A stretch of 43,466 nt of DNA from Vicinamibacterales bacterium (GTDB lineage: Bacteria > Acidobacteriota > Vicinamibacteria > Vicinamibacterales > UBA2999): assembly GCA_039934485.1 (NCBI GenBank), contig JBDTMB010000003.1, positions 1 to 43,466 of the forward strand. Reading direction: 5' to 3'. Within the stretch, counting starts at the first letter, position 1. The number at the start of each line of letters is the position of its first letter. The notes beneath the pieces are model-generated. The model did no database searches, was not told where the DNA came from, and saw only the letters and a program-made list of their open reading frames with translations. The translations under genes and the position numbers were made by a program. Shown piece by piece: positions 7,955 to 18,805 of this stretch.

Positions 7955-10141
7955 ATGATCGATCCCGTTCGTCCACCTGTGCTTTTGCCCGGCGACACGC
8001 CGTCGAAATGGCGCACGGGACGGACCTGGCTGCTGCGCACCTTCCCCGGCCGCGCGCTGGTCCTCGGCCTGGTGATCAAGGTTGTCACCTGGCCCCTCGC
8101 GTTTACCGGCGTGCCGCTGCCGCCAGCCGGGATCGCGATCGACATGGTGGGCAGCCTCGCGCTGCTGTTCGCCATCGCCTACGGCCTGACGCGGCTCGCG
8201 GTGTGGGCGAAACGACGGCTGCTGTGGCGCGTCCGCCGCAAGTTGATCCTGTCCTACGTCTTCGTCGGCGTGTTGCCCACGGTGCTGGTGATTTTCTTCT
8301 TCCTCCTGGCGGCGCTCATCCTCTGCTTCAATGTGAGCTCGTTCCTGGTCCAGTCGCGCATCCGCACGCTGACCGAACAGGCCCGCTTCCTCGCGCAGAC
8401 GACCGTGCTCGAAGTGCAGCGAAGCGCCACGCCGGCGGCGCTGGTCGAGACCCTCGAGCGCCGGCAGTCGAGCACCGAGACGCGTTACCCATTCGTGTCG
8501 ATGGCCGTCGTGCCGCTGGCGGGCCTCACCTGCCAGGTCGAGCCCGCGCGCGCGGCCCGCGTGCCGCGGACGCTGCCCGTCGCGCTCCCGGTCACCGCCG
8601 GTCCCTGGGGGCACCTCGATGCGCCGGCGACGCTGCCGAAGTGGATCGGGTGCGACGGCTTCTCCGGGGTCATCGCCTACGACCTGCCGGGGGACGGCAG
8701 CACCGACACCGACGACAGCCCGACGAGGCTGGTGCTGCGCGCGGTCGCGCTGCCGGAATTACCGAACCCCACGTGGGCGGTGGTGCTCGACCTGCCGATC
8801 TCGCGGGTCGTCGAGGGCCGCATCCAGGATGAAACCGGCATCCACCTTCGCGAAGTGACGGCGCTGCCGTTTGGCGCGCGCGGGCGGCAACCGGTGATTG
8901 GCCGCTCGCTCGAGCTGCGGCCGGTGGATCCGCAGGGCAGCGGCCAGACGCTGTCGCTGGCCACCCAGCGCTGGGTGGTGTTCCTCGATTACTTCGACTG
9001 GGCCACCGGCGAGCCGTCGAACGTCACGGTGGCGATCCGCATCAACGTGTGGGAAATCTACAACAAGATCTCGGTGGTCTCGTCCACCGGTCTTGGCAAC
9101 GTCAACTTCGGCCAATACCTGCTGGCGGTGCTGGCGCTCGTCGGCGGACTCTTCCTCATCATCCAGTTTGTCGCGTTGGTGATCGGGTTTGTCCTGGCGC
9201 GGCAGATTACCGGCGCCGTGCACGACCTCTTTACCGGCACCCAGCACGTTCGCTCCGGCGACTTCGGCCACCAGATTCCGGTGCGGGCGCGCGACCAGCT
9301 CGGCGAGCTGGCCGAGTCGTTCAACCTCATGACCGGCGAAGTGACGACGCTGCTCGGCGAGATGGCGGAGAAGGGCCGGATGGAACAGGAAATGTTCGCG
9401 GCCCGCGCGATCCAGCAGAAGCTCCTGCCGACCGGCCCGTTGAAGGTCACCGGCCTGGTGGTGTCGGCGTTTTGTGAACCGGCGCGTGAAGTGGCCGGGG
9501 ACTACTACGACTTCCTGCCGATCACCGACTCGATGATCGGCATGCTGATCGCCGACGTTGCCGGCAAGGGCCTGGCCGCCGGTCTCTACATGGCGCAGCT
9601 CAAGGTGATCGTGCAGTCGCTGGCGCGGCTGCACCACGAGCCGAAGGCGTTCCTCACCGCGGTCAACAAGGTGGTGTCGGCCAACCTCGACGCGGCGAGC
9701 TTCATCACGATGGCCTACGGCGTCGTCGACATCGAGCGCCGCGAGATGACGTTTGCGCGCGCCGGGCATTGCCCGCTGATCCACGTGCCGGCCAGCGATC
9801 CGGCCGGGATGCGCCACGCCCGGCTGCTGGCGCCCGACGGGCTCGTGGTGGGGCTGAATATCGACGACGGGACGATGTTCGAGAACCTGCTGCAGGAGCA
9901 GACGATCGCGCTGGCGCCGGGCGACCTCGTCGTCTGGTTCACCGATGGCATCTCCGAGACCATGAACGAGGCGTTCGAGTGCTTCGGCGAGCAGCGGCTC
10001 GCCAGGGTGGTGGAGCAATACGCGCACTTGCCGTTCGATCAACTCCGGTCGTACATTCTGGCGGAACTGCGGACCTTCGCCGCCGGCGCCGATCAGCACG
10101 ATGACATGACGATGATCCTGATGAAGATCGAGGAACCGTGA
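7955..10141 (+). CDS. Membrane-bound HAMP + PP2C/SpoIIE (RsbU-like) serine phosphatase
   Basis: TM helices, extracytoplasmic domain, HAMP (DQLGELAESFNLM), PAREVAGDYYD, IADVAGKG, ARAGH, FTDGISE, HDDMT. Confidence 0.9.
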   Translation: MIDPVRPPVLLPGDTPSKWRTGRTWLLRTFPGRALVLGLVIKVVTWPLAFTGVPLPPAGIAIDMVGSLALLFAIAYGLTRLAVWAKRRLLWRVRRKLILSYVFVGVLPTVLVIFFFLLAALILCFNVSSFLVQSRIRTLTEQARFLAQTTVLEVQRSATPAALVETLERRQSSTETRYPFVSMAVVPLAGLTCQVEPARAARVPRTLPVALPVTAGPWGHLDAPATLPKWIGCDGFSGVIAYDLPGDGSTDTDDSPTRLVLRAVALPELPNPTWAVVLDLPISRVVEGRIQDETGIHLREVTALPFGARGRQPVIGRSLELRPVDPQGSGQTLSLATQRWVVFLDYFDWATGEPSNVTVAIRINVWEIYNKISVVSSTGLGNVNFGQYLLAVLALVGGLFLIIQFVALVIGFVLARQITGAVHDLFTGTQHVRSGDFGHQIPVRARDQLGELAESFNLMTGEVTTLLGEMAEKGRMEQEMFAARAIQQKLLPTGPLKVTGLVVSAFCEPAREVAGDYYDFLPITDSMIGMLIADVAGKGLAAGLYMAQLKVIVQSLARLHHEPKAFLTAVNKVVSANLDAASFITMAYGVVDIERREMTFARAGHCPLIHVPASDPAGMRHARLLAPDGLVVGLNIDDGTMFENLLQEQTIALAPGDLVVWFTDGISETMNEAFECFGEQRLARVVEQYAHLPFDQLRSYILAELRTFAAGADQHDDMTMILMKIEEP

Positions 10142-11079
10142 GCGAGTCCGGCCTGACCGTGATCTTCTGCACGCAGTCGGACATCGAGGCCAACGTCGTG
10201 CAGTCGCTCCTCGACAGCCACGGCATCGAGACCGTGCGCATCGGCGGTCCGCCGTCGGGGACCTTCCCGCTGTCGGTGAATACGATGGGGGACATCCGCG
10301 TCTCGGTGCGCGACGACGAGGCGCTCGACGCGGTGCGGATCATCGAGAGCCACCGCGAACAGGTGGGCAGCGGCGTGGTGGTGCCGCTTCAGCAGCAGTT
10401 TGCGGCGCTCGAGTCGCGGCTCGGCTACCGCTTCCGCGATCGCGGACTGCTCGAGCACGGCCTGACCCACAAGTCGAAGGCCCACGAAGATCCCAGCGGC
10501 GGCGTCACCGACAACGAGTCGCTGGAGTTTCTCGGCGACGCGGTGCTCGGGTTGGTGGTGTCGGACGCGCTGTTCCGCGCCTTTCCGGCCTACAGCGAAG
10601 GGCAGAAGTCGAAGATCAAGGCCAACCTGGTGTCGACGACCTCGCTGGCCGAACTGGCCGAGCACCTGGGGCTGGGCGATCACATGATTCTCGGGCGCGG
10701 CGAGGAGAAGACGGGCGGCCGCCGCAAGCAGGCGCTGCTCGCCGACACGTGCGAGGCGCTGATCGCGGCGATCTACCTCGATGGCGGGCTCGAACCGGCG
10801 CGGCAGTTCCTGCTGCGCGAGTTCGCCGGCGGCATCGAGGACGCCCGCACGCCGGACTACTTCGGCCGCGATCACAAGTCGCGGCTGCAGGAGAAACTGC
10901 AGGCGCTCGGGCGGCCGCTGCCGGCGTATCGCGTTGCCGGCGAAGTGGGCCCCGACCATCGCAAACTGTTTCACGTCGAAGTGCTGGTCGGCAATGACGT
11001 GATGGCGCAGGGCACCGGACGCACGAAGAAGGAAGCGGAGCAGGACGGGGCGCGCATGGCGCTCGTCGCGCTGGAGTAG
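10138..11079 (+). CDS. rnc: Ribonuclease III with an extra ~85-aa N-terminal domain (DUF2007-like)
   Basis: LTHKS, NESLEFLGDAVLG, LADTCEALIAAIYLDGG, dsRBD (DHKSRLQE...GTGRTKKEAEQ). N-terminal EANVVQSLLDSHGIE...IRVSVRDDEALDAVRII. Confidence 0.93.
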   Translation: MSESGLTVIFCTQSDIEANVVQSLLDSHGIETVRIGGPPSGTFPLSVNTMGDIRVSVRDDEALDAVRIIESHREQVGSGVVVPLQQQFAALESRLGYRFRDRGLLEHGLTHKSKAHEDPSGGVTDNESLEFLGDAVLGLVVSDALFRAFPAYSEGQKSKIKANLVSTTSLAELAEHLGLGDHMILGRGEEKTGGRRKQALLADTCEALIAAIYLDGGLEPARQFLLREFAGGIEDARTPDYFGRDHKSRLQEKLQALGRPLPAYRVAGEVGPDHRKLFHVEVLVGNDVMAQGTGRTKKEAEQDGARMALVALE

Positions 11080-11102
11080 GGGATCAGGGATCAGGGATCA
11101 GG
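11080..11102. repeat. Heptamer tandem repeat (GGGATCA)x3
   Basis: gggatca gggatca gggatca gg directly after the rnc stop; contains the stop codon of the convergent gene. Confidence 0.9.
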
Positions 11103-11364
11103 CGTACCGCTCGGCCGCGCGAGCCTTGGCCTTTGCGGCCTCGACCTCACGATCCTTCGTCGGCGCCGTGGTCACCAGCGCATCGACCAACTCCCTCGCG
11201 ACGGCCGTCGTCTGATCGACCGCCAGATTAAAGGCCGCCTCGTTGGCCTTCGATGGCTGAGTAAACCCGCTTAGCTTGCGAACGAATTGCAGCGACGCGG
11301 CGCGCACTTCTTCGTCCGTGGCCGGTGGATCGAAATTGAAAAGGGTCTTGATATTCCGGCACAT
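11098..11364 (-). CDS. DUF2277 family small protein
   Basis: MCRNIKTLFNFDPPATDEEVRAASLQFVRKLSGF...PSKANEAAF, as I recall for DUF2277. Confidence 0.85.
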   Translation of the reverse strand: MCRNIKTLFNFDPPATDEEVRAASLQFVRKLSGFTQPSKANEAAFNLAVDQTTAVARELVDALVTTAPTKDREVEAAKAKARAAERYA

Positions 11365-11366
11365 AG

Positions 11367-11405
11367 TTCCTGATTCCTGATTCCTGATCCCTGATCCCTG
11401 ATCCC
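11367..11405. repeat. Heptamer tandem repeat (TYCCTGA)x5, inverted relative to 11080..11102
   Basis: ttcctga x3, tccctga x2, tccc. The reverse complement is GGGATCA/GGAATCA units. Confidence 0.9.
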
Positions 11406-12551
11406 CTAGTCGATCTCAATAATGCCCCACCCCTTGCGATCGCCGCCCGCGGTGGCCATCGCCATCGCCGTCTCGGCTTGCGGCAAGCGCGCCATCGCGT
11501 AGGCCTGCACTTCGCGCGCGACCTCGTCCACCGACGGCGGCACGGGACGGCAGTGCAGCCGCACCCACAGCCGCATCACCGGGTCGGCAAAGCTGTAGCG
11601 CTTCTGGCGCGACACGATCAGGTCCACATCTTCGAGCCAGGACAGGTAGTCCTTGGTCGATCCCGGCGTGCGGAGCAGGCGCTGGGCGACTTCGGTCAGG
11701 GTCAGCGGTTCCTCGTCGGCGAGGATCTCGAGGATGGCCTTGAGGGCGCCGTAGCCGCGCGCCTTGTGCAGGCGGAGCTCGTAGCGATAGCCGCACCAGT
11801 TGGCGAGCGCGCCGTCGCCGGTGAGCAGGGCGGTCAGCGCGCTGATCGGATCGCCGCCGCCGCCGCTGATCGCGGCGGTGGCGGCGCCGAGCGCGCGCAC
11901 GTAGGCGGCGCGGCCGTCGGCCAGCGCCTGGATCGCGCGGCCCAGGTATTCGCGATCCTCGACCGGCGTGTCGCCCATCGGCGGCAGCATCGCCGCGAGC
12001 TCGGCGGCGCCGAGCGCCGGCAGGTGGATCACCTCGAAGCGCGCGTCACCGTCGCGCAGCAGGCGATGCGCGCGCGCGACGTAGCGGCTGGTGAGGACGA
12101 AGCGATTGCCACTCTCGGCGATGGCGTGGAGCATCTCGCGCAGCACGTGACGGAGCCCGGGGAAGCTTTCAAACGTCCGCAGCTCGAGGACCTCGTCGAA
12201 CAGGAACGTCGCGGGGCGATCGCCATTGGCGCGGGCGCGGCCGATCAGCGCCAGCGTGTGATCGAACGCGGCCCGCGCCGAGACGGCGGCCTCCTGCGGC
12301 GCACTGGCGGCCTGGCCGTTGATCGTGAACGGCGACGCCGCCGCGAACGCCTGCTGGAACCGTTCGGGCGTGCTCGCCGCGCGTTCGACGTCGACGTACT
12401 GGCTGTGGTCGCGGCCCAGCCGATCGCCCAGCGCGTGCAACAGCGTGGTGCGGCCGGTGCCGCATCCGCCAATGACGACGGGAATGCGCGCCGGGGTGGC
12501 GTCGAGGGCGGCCATCACGCGGCGCTCGAGGCCGGTGTGCGGAGCCATCAT
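11406..12551 (-). CDS. P-loop ATPase (archaeal-ATPase-like) with C-terminal winged HTH
   Basis: Walker A-like GGCGTGRTT, Walker B FLFDE, FVLTSR, and a C-terminal wHTH ([31 protein letters not shown]...[11 protein letters not shown]). Start overlaps the hutU stop. Confidence 0.78.
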   Translation of the reverse strand: MMAPHTGLERRVMAALDATPARIPVVIGGCGTGRTTLLHALGDRLGRDHSQYVDVERAASTPERFQQAFAAASPFTINGQAASAPQEAAVSARAAFDHTLALIGRARANGDRPATFLFDEVLELRTFESFPGLRHVLREMLHAIAESGNRFVLTSRYVARAHRLLRDGDARFEVIHLPALGAAELAAMLPPMGDTPVEDREYLGRAIQALADGRAAYVRALGAATAAISGGGGDPISALTALLTGDGALANWCGYRYELRLHKARGYGALKAILEILADEEPLTLTEVAQRLLRTPGSTKDYLSWLEDVDLIVSRQKRYSFADPVMRLWVRLHCRPVPPSVDEVAREVQAYAMARLPQAETAMAMATAGGDRKGWGIIEID

Positions 12552-14215
12552 CGGCTCGTCTCCTGCATGGGGATACGTACTCCGTATTTACGCGCGGTGC
12601 TAAGGGCTTCGGGATAACCCGCATCGGCGTGCCGCACCACGCCCATGCCCGGATCGCACGTCAGGACCCGCTGCAGCCGCTGGTCGGCCTCGCGTGATCC
12701 GTCCGCGACGATCACCATCCCGGCGTGAATCGAATAACCGATGCCGACACCGCCGCCGTGGTGCAGGGACACCCAGGTGGCGCCGGCTGACACATTGAGC
12801 AAGGCGTTCAAGATGGGCCAATCCGCGATCGCATCGCTGCCGTCGCGCATGCCCTCGGTTTCACGATTCGGCGACGCCACCGATCCGGTGTCGAGGTGAT
12901 CGCGGCCGATCACGATCGGCGCGGTGATGGCGCCGTCGCGGACCAGCGCGTTCAATTTCAATCCGAACCGCGCGCGATCGCCGTAGCCCAGCCAGCAGAT
13001 GCGCGCCGGGAGTCCCTGGAACCGCACGCGCTCCTGCGCCATGCGAATCCACCGGCACAGCCCGGCGTCGCCGGCAAACATCTCGAGCGCCGCTTCGTCG
13101 GTGACGCGGATGTCTTCGGGATCGCCAGAGAGCGCGACCCACCGGAACGGCCCTTTGCCTTCACAGAAGAGCGGACGGATGTACTCGGGAACGAAGCCGG
13201 GAATCTCGAACGCGTCGCGCACGCCCGCCTTCACGGCTTGCGCGCGAATGTTGTTGCCGTAGTCGAAGGCCACCGCGCCGCGTTGCTTCATCGCGAGCAT
13301 CGCGCTGACGTGCCGGCCCATCGCGTCGATCGCGCGGCGTTCGTAGGCGGCGGGATCCTGCGTGCGCAGGCGCGCCGCGTCGGCCAGCGACAGGCCGTCG
13401 GGCACGTAGCCGACGAGCGGATCGTGTGCCGAGGTTTGATCGGTGACGACGTCCGGGATCACGCCGCGCGCGACGAGCGCCGGCAGGACCTCGGCGGCGT
13501 TGCCGAGCACGCCGAACGAGCGGGCCACGCCGTCGCGGGCGCAGGCGCGCGCCCGCTCAATGGCCAGCGAGAGGTCGTCGAGGCGTTCGTCGAGATAGCC
13601 GGAGGCCAGTCGCTTGTCGATGCGCGCCGGATCCACCTCCACCACGAGCGCCACGCCGCCGTTCATGGTCACGGCCAGCGGCTGGGCGCCGCCCATGCCG
13701 CCCAGGCCGGCGGTGACCACCAGCCGCCCCGAGAGGGTGCCGCCGAAATGGCGCCGGGCGAGTTCCGCGAGGGTCTCGAAGGTGCCCTGCAGGATGCCCT
13801 GCGAGCCGATGTAGATCCAGCTGCCGGCCGTCATCTGGCCGTACATCGTGAGGCCGCGCTCTTCGAGGTCGCGGAAGGTTTCCCACGTCGCCCACTTGGG
13901 CACGAGATTGGCGTTGGCGATCAGCACGCGCGGCGCGTTGGCGTGGGTCCGGAAGATGCCGACCGGTTTTCCCGATTGCACGATCAGGGTTTCCTCGTGA
14001 CCGAGGCTGCGCAAGGATCGGACGATCGCGTCAAAGGCCTCCCACGATCGCGCCGCCTTGCCGGTGCCGCCGTAGACGATGAGATCGTCGGGACGCTCGG
14101 CGACCTCGGGATCGAGATTGTTCATCAGCATCCGCAACGCGGCTTCCTGTGGCCAACCGAGGCACGTCAGCGACGTGCCGCGTGGGGCGCGGAGTGAACG
14201 AGCAATTGTGGTCAT
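12548..14215 (-). CDS. hutU: Urocanate hydratase
   Basis: [68 protein letters not shown]. Confidence 0.98.
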   Translation of the reverse strand: MTTIARSLRAPRGTSLTCLGWPQEAALRMLMNNLDPEVAERPDDLIVYGGTGKAARSWEAFDAIVRSLRSLGHEETLIVQSGKPVGIFRTHANAPRVLIANANLVPKWATWETFRDLEERGLTMYGQMTAGSWIYIGSQGILQGTFETLAELARRHFGGTLSGRLVVTAGLGGMGGAQPLAVTMNGGVALVVEVDPARIDKRLASGYLDERLDDLSLAIERARACARDGVARSFGVLGNAAEVLPALVARGVIPDVVTDQTSAHDPLVGYVPDGLSLADAARLRTQDPAAYERRAIDAMGRHVSAMLAMKQRGAVAFDYGNNIRAQAVKAGVRDAFEIPGFVPEYIRPLFCEGKGPFRWVALSGDPEDIRVTDEAALEMFAGDAGLCRWIRMAQERVRFQGLPARICWLGYGDRARFGLKLNALVRDGAITAPIVIGRDHLDTGSVASPNRETEGMRDGSDAIADWPILNALLNVSAGATWVSLHHGGGVGIGYSIHAGMVIVADGSREADQRLQRVLTCDPGMGVVRHADAGYPEALSTARKYGVRIPMQETSR

Positions 14216-14256
14216 CGGCAGTTAGGCAATCCGGAGGGACGGATAGCGAAGATAAG

Positions 14257-14315
14257 AAACTAAGCAGTGCTCGTCTGCTTGTCAAACTGAAAGTGAAAAA
14301 CAAAAAAAATGAAAA
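14257..14315 (-). promoter_or_regulatory. Sigma70-type promoter upstream of hutU with a palindromic spacer and T-rich upstream tract
   Basis: Minus strand TTGACA (14285..14280), 17 bp, TAGTTT (14262..14257). AAGCAG-N7-CTGCTT inverted repeat at 14262..14280. A/T tract at 14286..14315. Confidence 0.7.
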
Positions 14316-15830
14316 TCAGTTGACAACGACGCCAGTTGAGTATTCAAGTGCGCCGCTGCCGATCAATTTCGTGATCGCATCGATGTCCGGCGCCGGCGAT
14401 CGGTCGTCAACGAGCGTTGGCACGAGATTGCGCACGGTGGAATGCGCGCGCATCAGCGGATTTGAACTGACCAGCGGCGCCAGCAGGTCGATCGCCTGGC
14501 ACCCGCACAAGACTTCCACCGCCACCACCATCGAGGCGAGTTGCAAGGCGCGTTCCGCCTTGAGCGCCGCGCCCATGCTCATGCTCACGTGATCCTCTTT
14601 ATTTGCCGACGTCGGGATCGTATCGACCGATGCGGGGTGCGCGAGTGTCTTGATTTCGGACGTCAGCGCCGCTGCCGTGACTTGCGCAATCATCAGGCCC
14701 GATTGCAGCCCGCCGTGCCGGGTCAGGAAGGCGGGCAGTCCGCTCAGCGCCGGATTGACGAGGCGTTCGGACCGCCTTTCGCTGATCGTCGCCAGTTGCG
14801 CGACGGCCATCGCCAGCAGATCCGCGGCCAACGCCAGCGGCGCGCCGTGAAAATTGCCGCCCGACACTATTTCTCCCGTGTCGGCGAACACCATCGGGTT
14901 GTCGGTGGCGGCGTTCATCTCGATCTGAACGATGTGACGCACCCAGGCCAGCGCTTCGCGCGCGGCGCCGTGGACTTGCGGTGCGCAGCGCATGGAATAC
15001 GCGTCCTGGACGCGGCCGCAGTTGACGTGGGACGCGTTGATCGCGCTGCCGTCCATCAGGCGCAGCAGATTGGCGGCCGACGTCGCCTGGCCGGCAAACG
15101 GCCGCGCGGCGTGAATGCGGGGATCGAACGGATGCATCGATCCCTGCAGCCCGTCGATCGAGAGCGCCGCGGCGACGTCGGCGGCGCGGGTCAGCCGTGC
15201 CGCCCCGGCCAGCGCCAACGCCAGCACCGCCGTTGAGACCTGGGTGCCGTTGATCAGGGCGAGGCCTTCCTTGGGCCCCAGCACGACCGGCGACAGCCCG
15301 GCCGCGGCCAGGCCGTCCCGTCCGCTCATCGTGCGGCCATCGTCCCAGGTCTCGCCTTCGCCGACGACGACCAGCGCCAGGTGCGCGAGCGGCGCGAGGT
15401 CGCCGCTGGCGCCCACCGAGCCGCGGCTGGGCACGCGCGGATGCACGCCGTGATTGAGCAGGGCGAGCAGCGCCTCGAGCGTCTCGACGCGAATGCCCGA
15501 GTGTCCCTTGGCGAGCACGTTGGCGCGCAGCGCCATCGAGGCGCGGACGGCGCGCACCGGCAGCGGCGCGTCGACACCGGCGGCGTGGCTGCGCAGGAGA
15601 TTGAGTTGCAGCGCCGCGAGGTCGGCCGGGTCGATGCGGGTCTCGGCGAAATTGCCAAAGCCGGTGTTGACCCCGTAGACCGGCGTGTCGCCGGCCGCCG
15701 CCTGGTCGCCGACCGCGCGCGCCGCCGCGACTCTCGCGCGCGCCGCTGGCGCCAGCGCCACCGGCGCCCGTTGATCGGCGATGGACAGGAGATCGGACAG
15801 GGTCAAACCGGATCCGTCGAGAAGAATCAT
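14316..15830 (-). CDS. hutH: Histidine ammonia-lyase
   Basis: VYGVNTGFG, NLLRSHAAG, GSVGASGDLAPL (MIO-forming ASG), KEGLALINGT, QDAYSMRC, SGGNFHG, NKEDHVSM. Start is ATG 15830 or TTG 15836. Confidence 0.97.
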   Translation of the reverse strand: MILLDGSGLTLSDLLSIADQRAPVALAPAARARVAAARAVGDQAAAGDTPVYGVNTGFGNFAETRIDPADLAALQLNLLRSHAAGVDAPLPVRAVRASMALRANVLAKGHSGIRVETLEALLALLNHGVHPRVPSRGSVGASGDLAPLAHLALVVVGEGETWDDGRTMSGRDGLAAAGLSPVVLGPKEGLALINGTQVSTAVLALALAGAARLTRAADVAAALSIDGLQGSMHPFDPRIHAARPFAGQATSAANLLRLMDGSAINASHVNCGRVQDAYSMRCAPQVHGAAREALAWVRHIVQIEMNAATDNPMVFADTGEIVSGGNFHGAPLALAADLLAMAVAQLATISERRSERLVNPALSGLPAFLTRHGGLQSGLMIAQVTAAALTSEIKTLAHPASVDTIPTSANKEDHVSMSMGAALKAERALQLASMVVAVEVLCGCQAIDLLAPLVSSNPLMRAHSTVRNLVPTLVDDRSPAPDIDAITKLIGSGALEYSTGVVVN

Positions 15831-15844
15831 GGCCAAGGGTACGC

Positions 15845-15872
15845 CTGCATGATCTGCGTCATCTGCGGCCTA
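15845..15872. repeat. Nonamer repeat (ATCTGCGTC family), ~3 degenerate units
   Basis: ctgcatgat ctgcgtcat ctgcggcct a. The 21-mer atctgcgtcatctgcggccta also occurs at 22882..22902. Confidence 0.7.
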
Positions 15873-15873
15873 G

Positions 15874-17178
<1,305 letters not shown>

Positions 17179-17835
17179 CTATTCCACCTTGTGTTTCTTG
17201 GTAAACGCGTCGATGCCGTCCGCATCGGGCGACATGAAATCGATGCCGCCGCGATAGCGGGGCGGCAGGCCCTTGGGCATCTCGAACGACGCCCACGCTA
17301 ACGCGCCGGGGCAGCGCACCGCGGCCTTGCCGTCGCCCATCATCACGCGGACGCGTTGATTCGGCTTGAGCACGGTGTTCGACACCACTTGCGCGCCGAC
17401 CAGCGACAGGTCGATGACGATGGCCGGGTTGCCGTCCACGGTGATCTCCACGCCTTCCTTCATCCTGAACCGCGCCGCGCGCCGCGTGCCCTTCTGGTCC
17501 AGGACCGCCTTCGGCTCGTCGACGGCCACCGCCGCTCCGCCGCCGCCGCGCTTCACCGCCACCCGGCTCATTTCGCTGTCGTGCGCCAGCACGCGCACCT
17601 CGCACCCGGTCAGCGACGGGTCGTCCTTGATGCGGTTGATCAGCGCCGTGCCGCGCGTGCTCGACGAGAATTCGAGATCGAGCGCAACAATCACGGGCTT
17701 GGTCCGGATAATGTGGTCGAGCGCCTCGAGGGCCTCCATTTCCGTGAAGGTCTGGAACTCGGCGCCTGGGTCGAACCGTTCTTTCAGACCGGGCAGGGCC
17801 TCCGATGGGCCAATGAGGACGATGCTCGAGGACAC
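17179..17835 (-). CDS. PilZ domain protein with receiver-like N-terminal domain
   Basis: c-di-GMP motifs RxxxR (TRRAARF) and DxSxxG (DLSLVGA). The N-terminal ALEALDHIIRTKPVIVALD segment resembles a receiver fold. Confidence 0.8.
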   Translation of the reverse strand: MSSSIVLIGPSEALPGLKERFDPGAEFQTFTEMEALEALDHIIRTKPVIVALDLEFSSSTRGTALINRIKDDPSLTGCEVRVLAHDSEMSRVAVKRGGGGAAVAVDEPKAVLDQKGTRRAARFRMKEGVEITVDGNPAIVIDLSLVGAQVVSNTVLKPNQRVRVMMGDGKAAVRCPGALAWASFEMPKGLPPRYRGGIDFMSPDADGIDAFTKKHKVE

Positions 17836-17869
17836 GGAGCGCAGAGTGTACCACGGCTACAATGAGGGC

Positions 17870-18805
17870 GTGATGCCCCAAACGGGTGCGTTGTACTGTA
17901 AGGGACTCGTCAAGAAATACGCCGACGTCACCGCTGTTGACGGCCTGGATCTGCAAGTCGAACGCGGAGAATGTTTTGGCCTGCTTGGGCCGAACGGTGC
18001 CGGCAAGACCACGACGATCGAGATCCTCGAAGGCCTGCTGGCGCCCGACGCCGGCGAGGTCGCGGTGCTCGGCTGCCGATGGTCCGACGATGGCGCCGCG
18101 CTGCGACCGAGGCTGGGCATCCAACTGCAGGAAACCCAGCTTGCCGACAAGCTCACGGTGGCCGAGACGCTTCGCCTGTTCAGGTCCTTCTACCCGGCCG
18201 GCCCGTCGGTGGACGAACTCCTCGAGACCATGGAGCTCACCGCGAAGCGCAACGCCTGGGTGTCGAAATTATCCGGCGGCCAGAAGCAGCGCCTCTCGGT
18301 GGCGTGCGCCCTCGTGGGGCAGCCGGAACTCCTCTTTCTCGACGAGCCCACCACCGGGCTCGATCCGCAGTCGCGCCGCCAGTTGTGGGAAGTGCTCGAA
18401 CGCTTCCGCCAGGCCGGCGGCACGATCCTGATGACCACGCATTACATGGATGAAGCGCACGCGCTGTGCGATCGCGTCGGGATCATGGACCGGGGCAAGC
18501 TGATCGCGCTCGGCACGCCGCGCGAATTGGTGGCGACGCTCGGCGCCGAACACATGATCGAATTTGCGATTGACGCGGGCCGCGGCCCGGGCGACGCCGA
18601 GTTGCGCGCGCTGCCGGGCGCGCGTGACGTCCGCGTCACCAACGGGTCGTTTGCGATTGCGACCTCCGAGTTGCACCTCACCGTGCCGGCGCTGCTCGAT
18701 GCCCTGGGCCGCCACCACGCCACGCTGAGCCAGTTGAGTACGCACAGTGCCACGCTCGAGGACGTCTTCGTCACGTTGACCGGAAGGCAGTTGCGCGATG
18801 AGTAG
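17870..18805 (+). CDS. ABC transporter ATP-binding protein (DrrA/ABC-2 type)
   Basis: GPNGAGKTT, LSGGQKQR, LFLDEPTTGLDP, TTHYMDEA. True start is GTG 17870 or ATG 17873; the 17366 start overlaps the PilZ gene. Confidence 0.92.
   Translation: MMPQTGALYCKGLVKKYADVTAVDGLDLQVERGECFGLLGPNGAGKTTTIEILEGLLAPDAGEVAVLGCRWSDDGAALRPRLGIQLQETQLADKLTVAETLRLFRSFYPAGPSVDELLETMELTAKRNAWVSKLSGGQKQRLSVACALVGQPELLFLDEPTTGLDPQSRRQLWEVLERFRQAGGTILMTTHYMDEAHALCDRVGIMDRGKLIALGTPRELVATLGAEHMIEFAIDAGRGPGDAELRALPGARDVRVTNGSFAIATSELHLTVPALLDALGRHHATLSQLSTHSATLEDVFVTLTGRQLRDE

Noticed and set aside
17366-17869. N-terminal extension of the ABC ATPase (479-aa ORF)
   Set aside because: It overlaps the PilZ gene on the opposite strand; homology begins near 17870, where a -10 box also sits.
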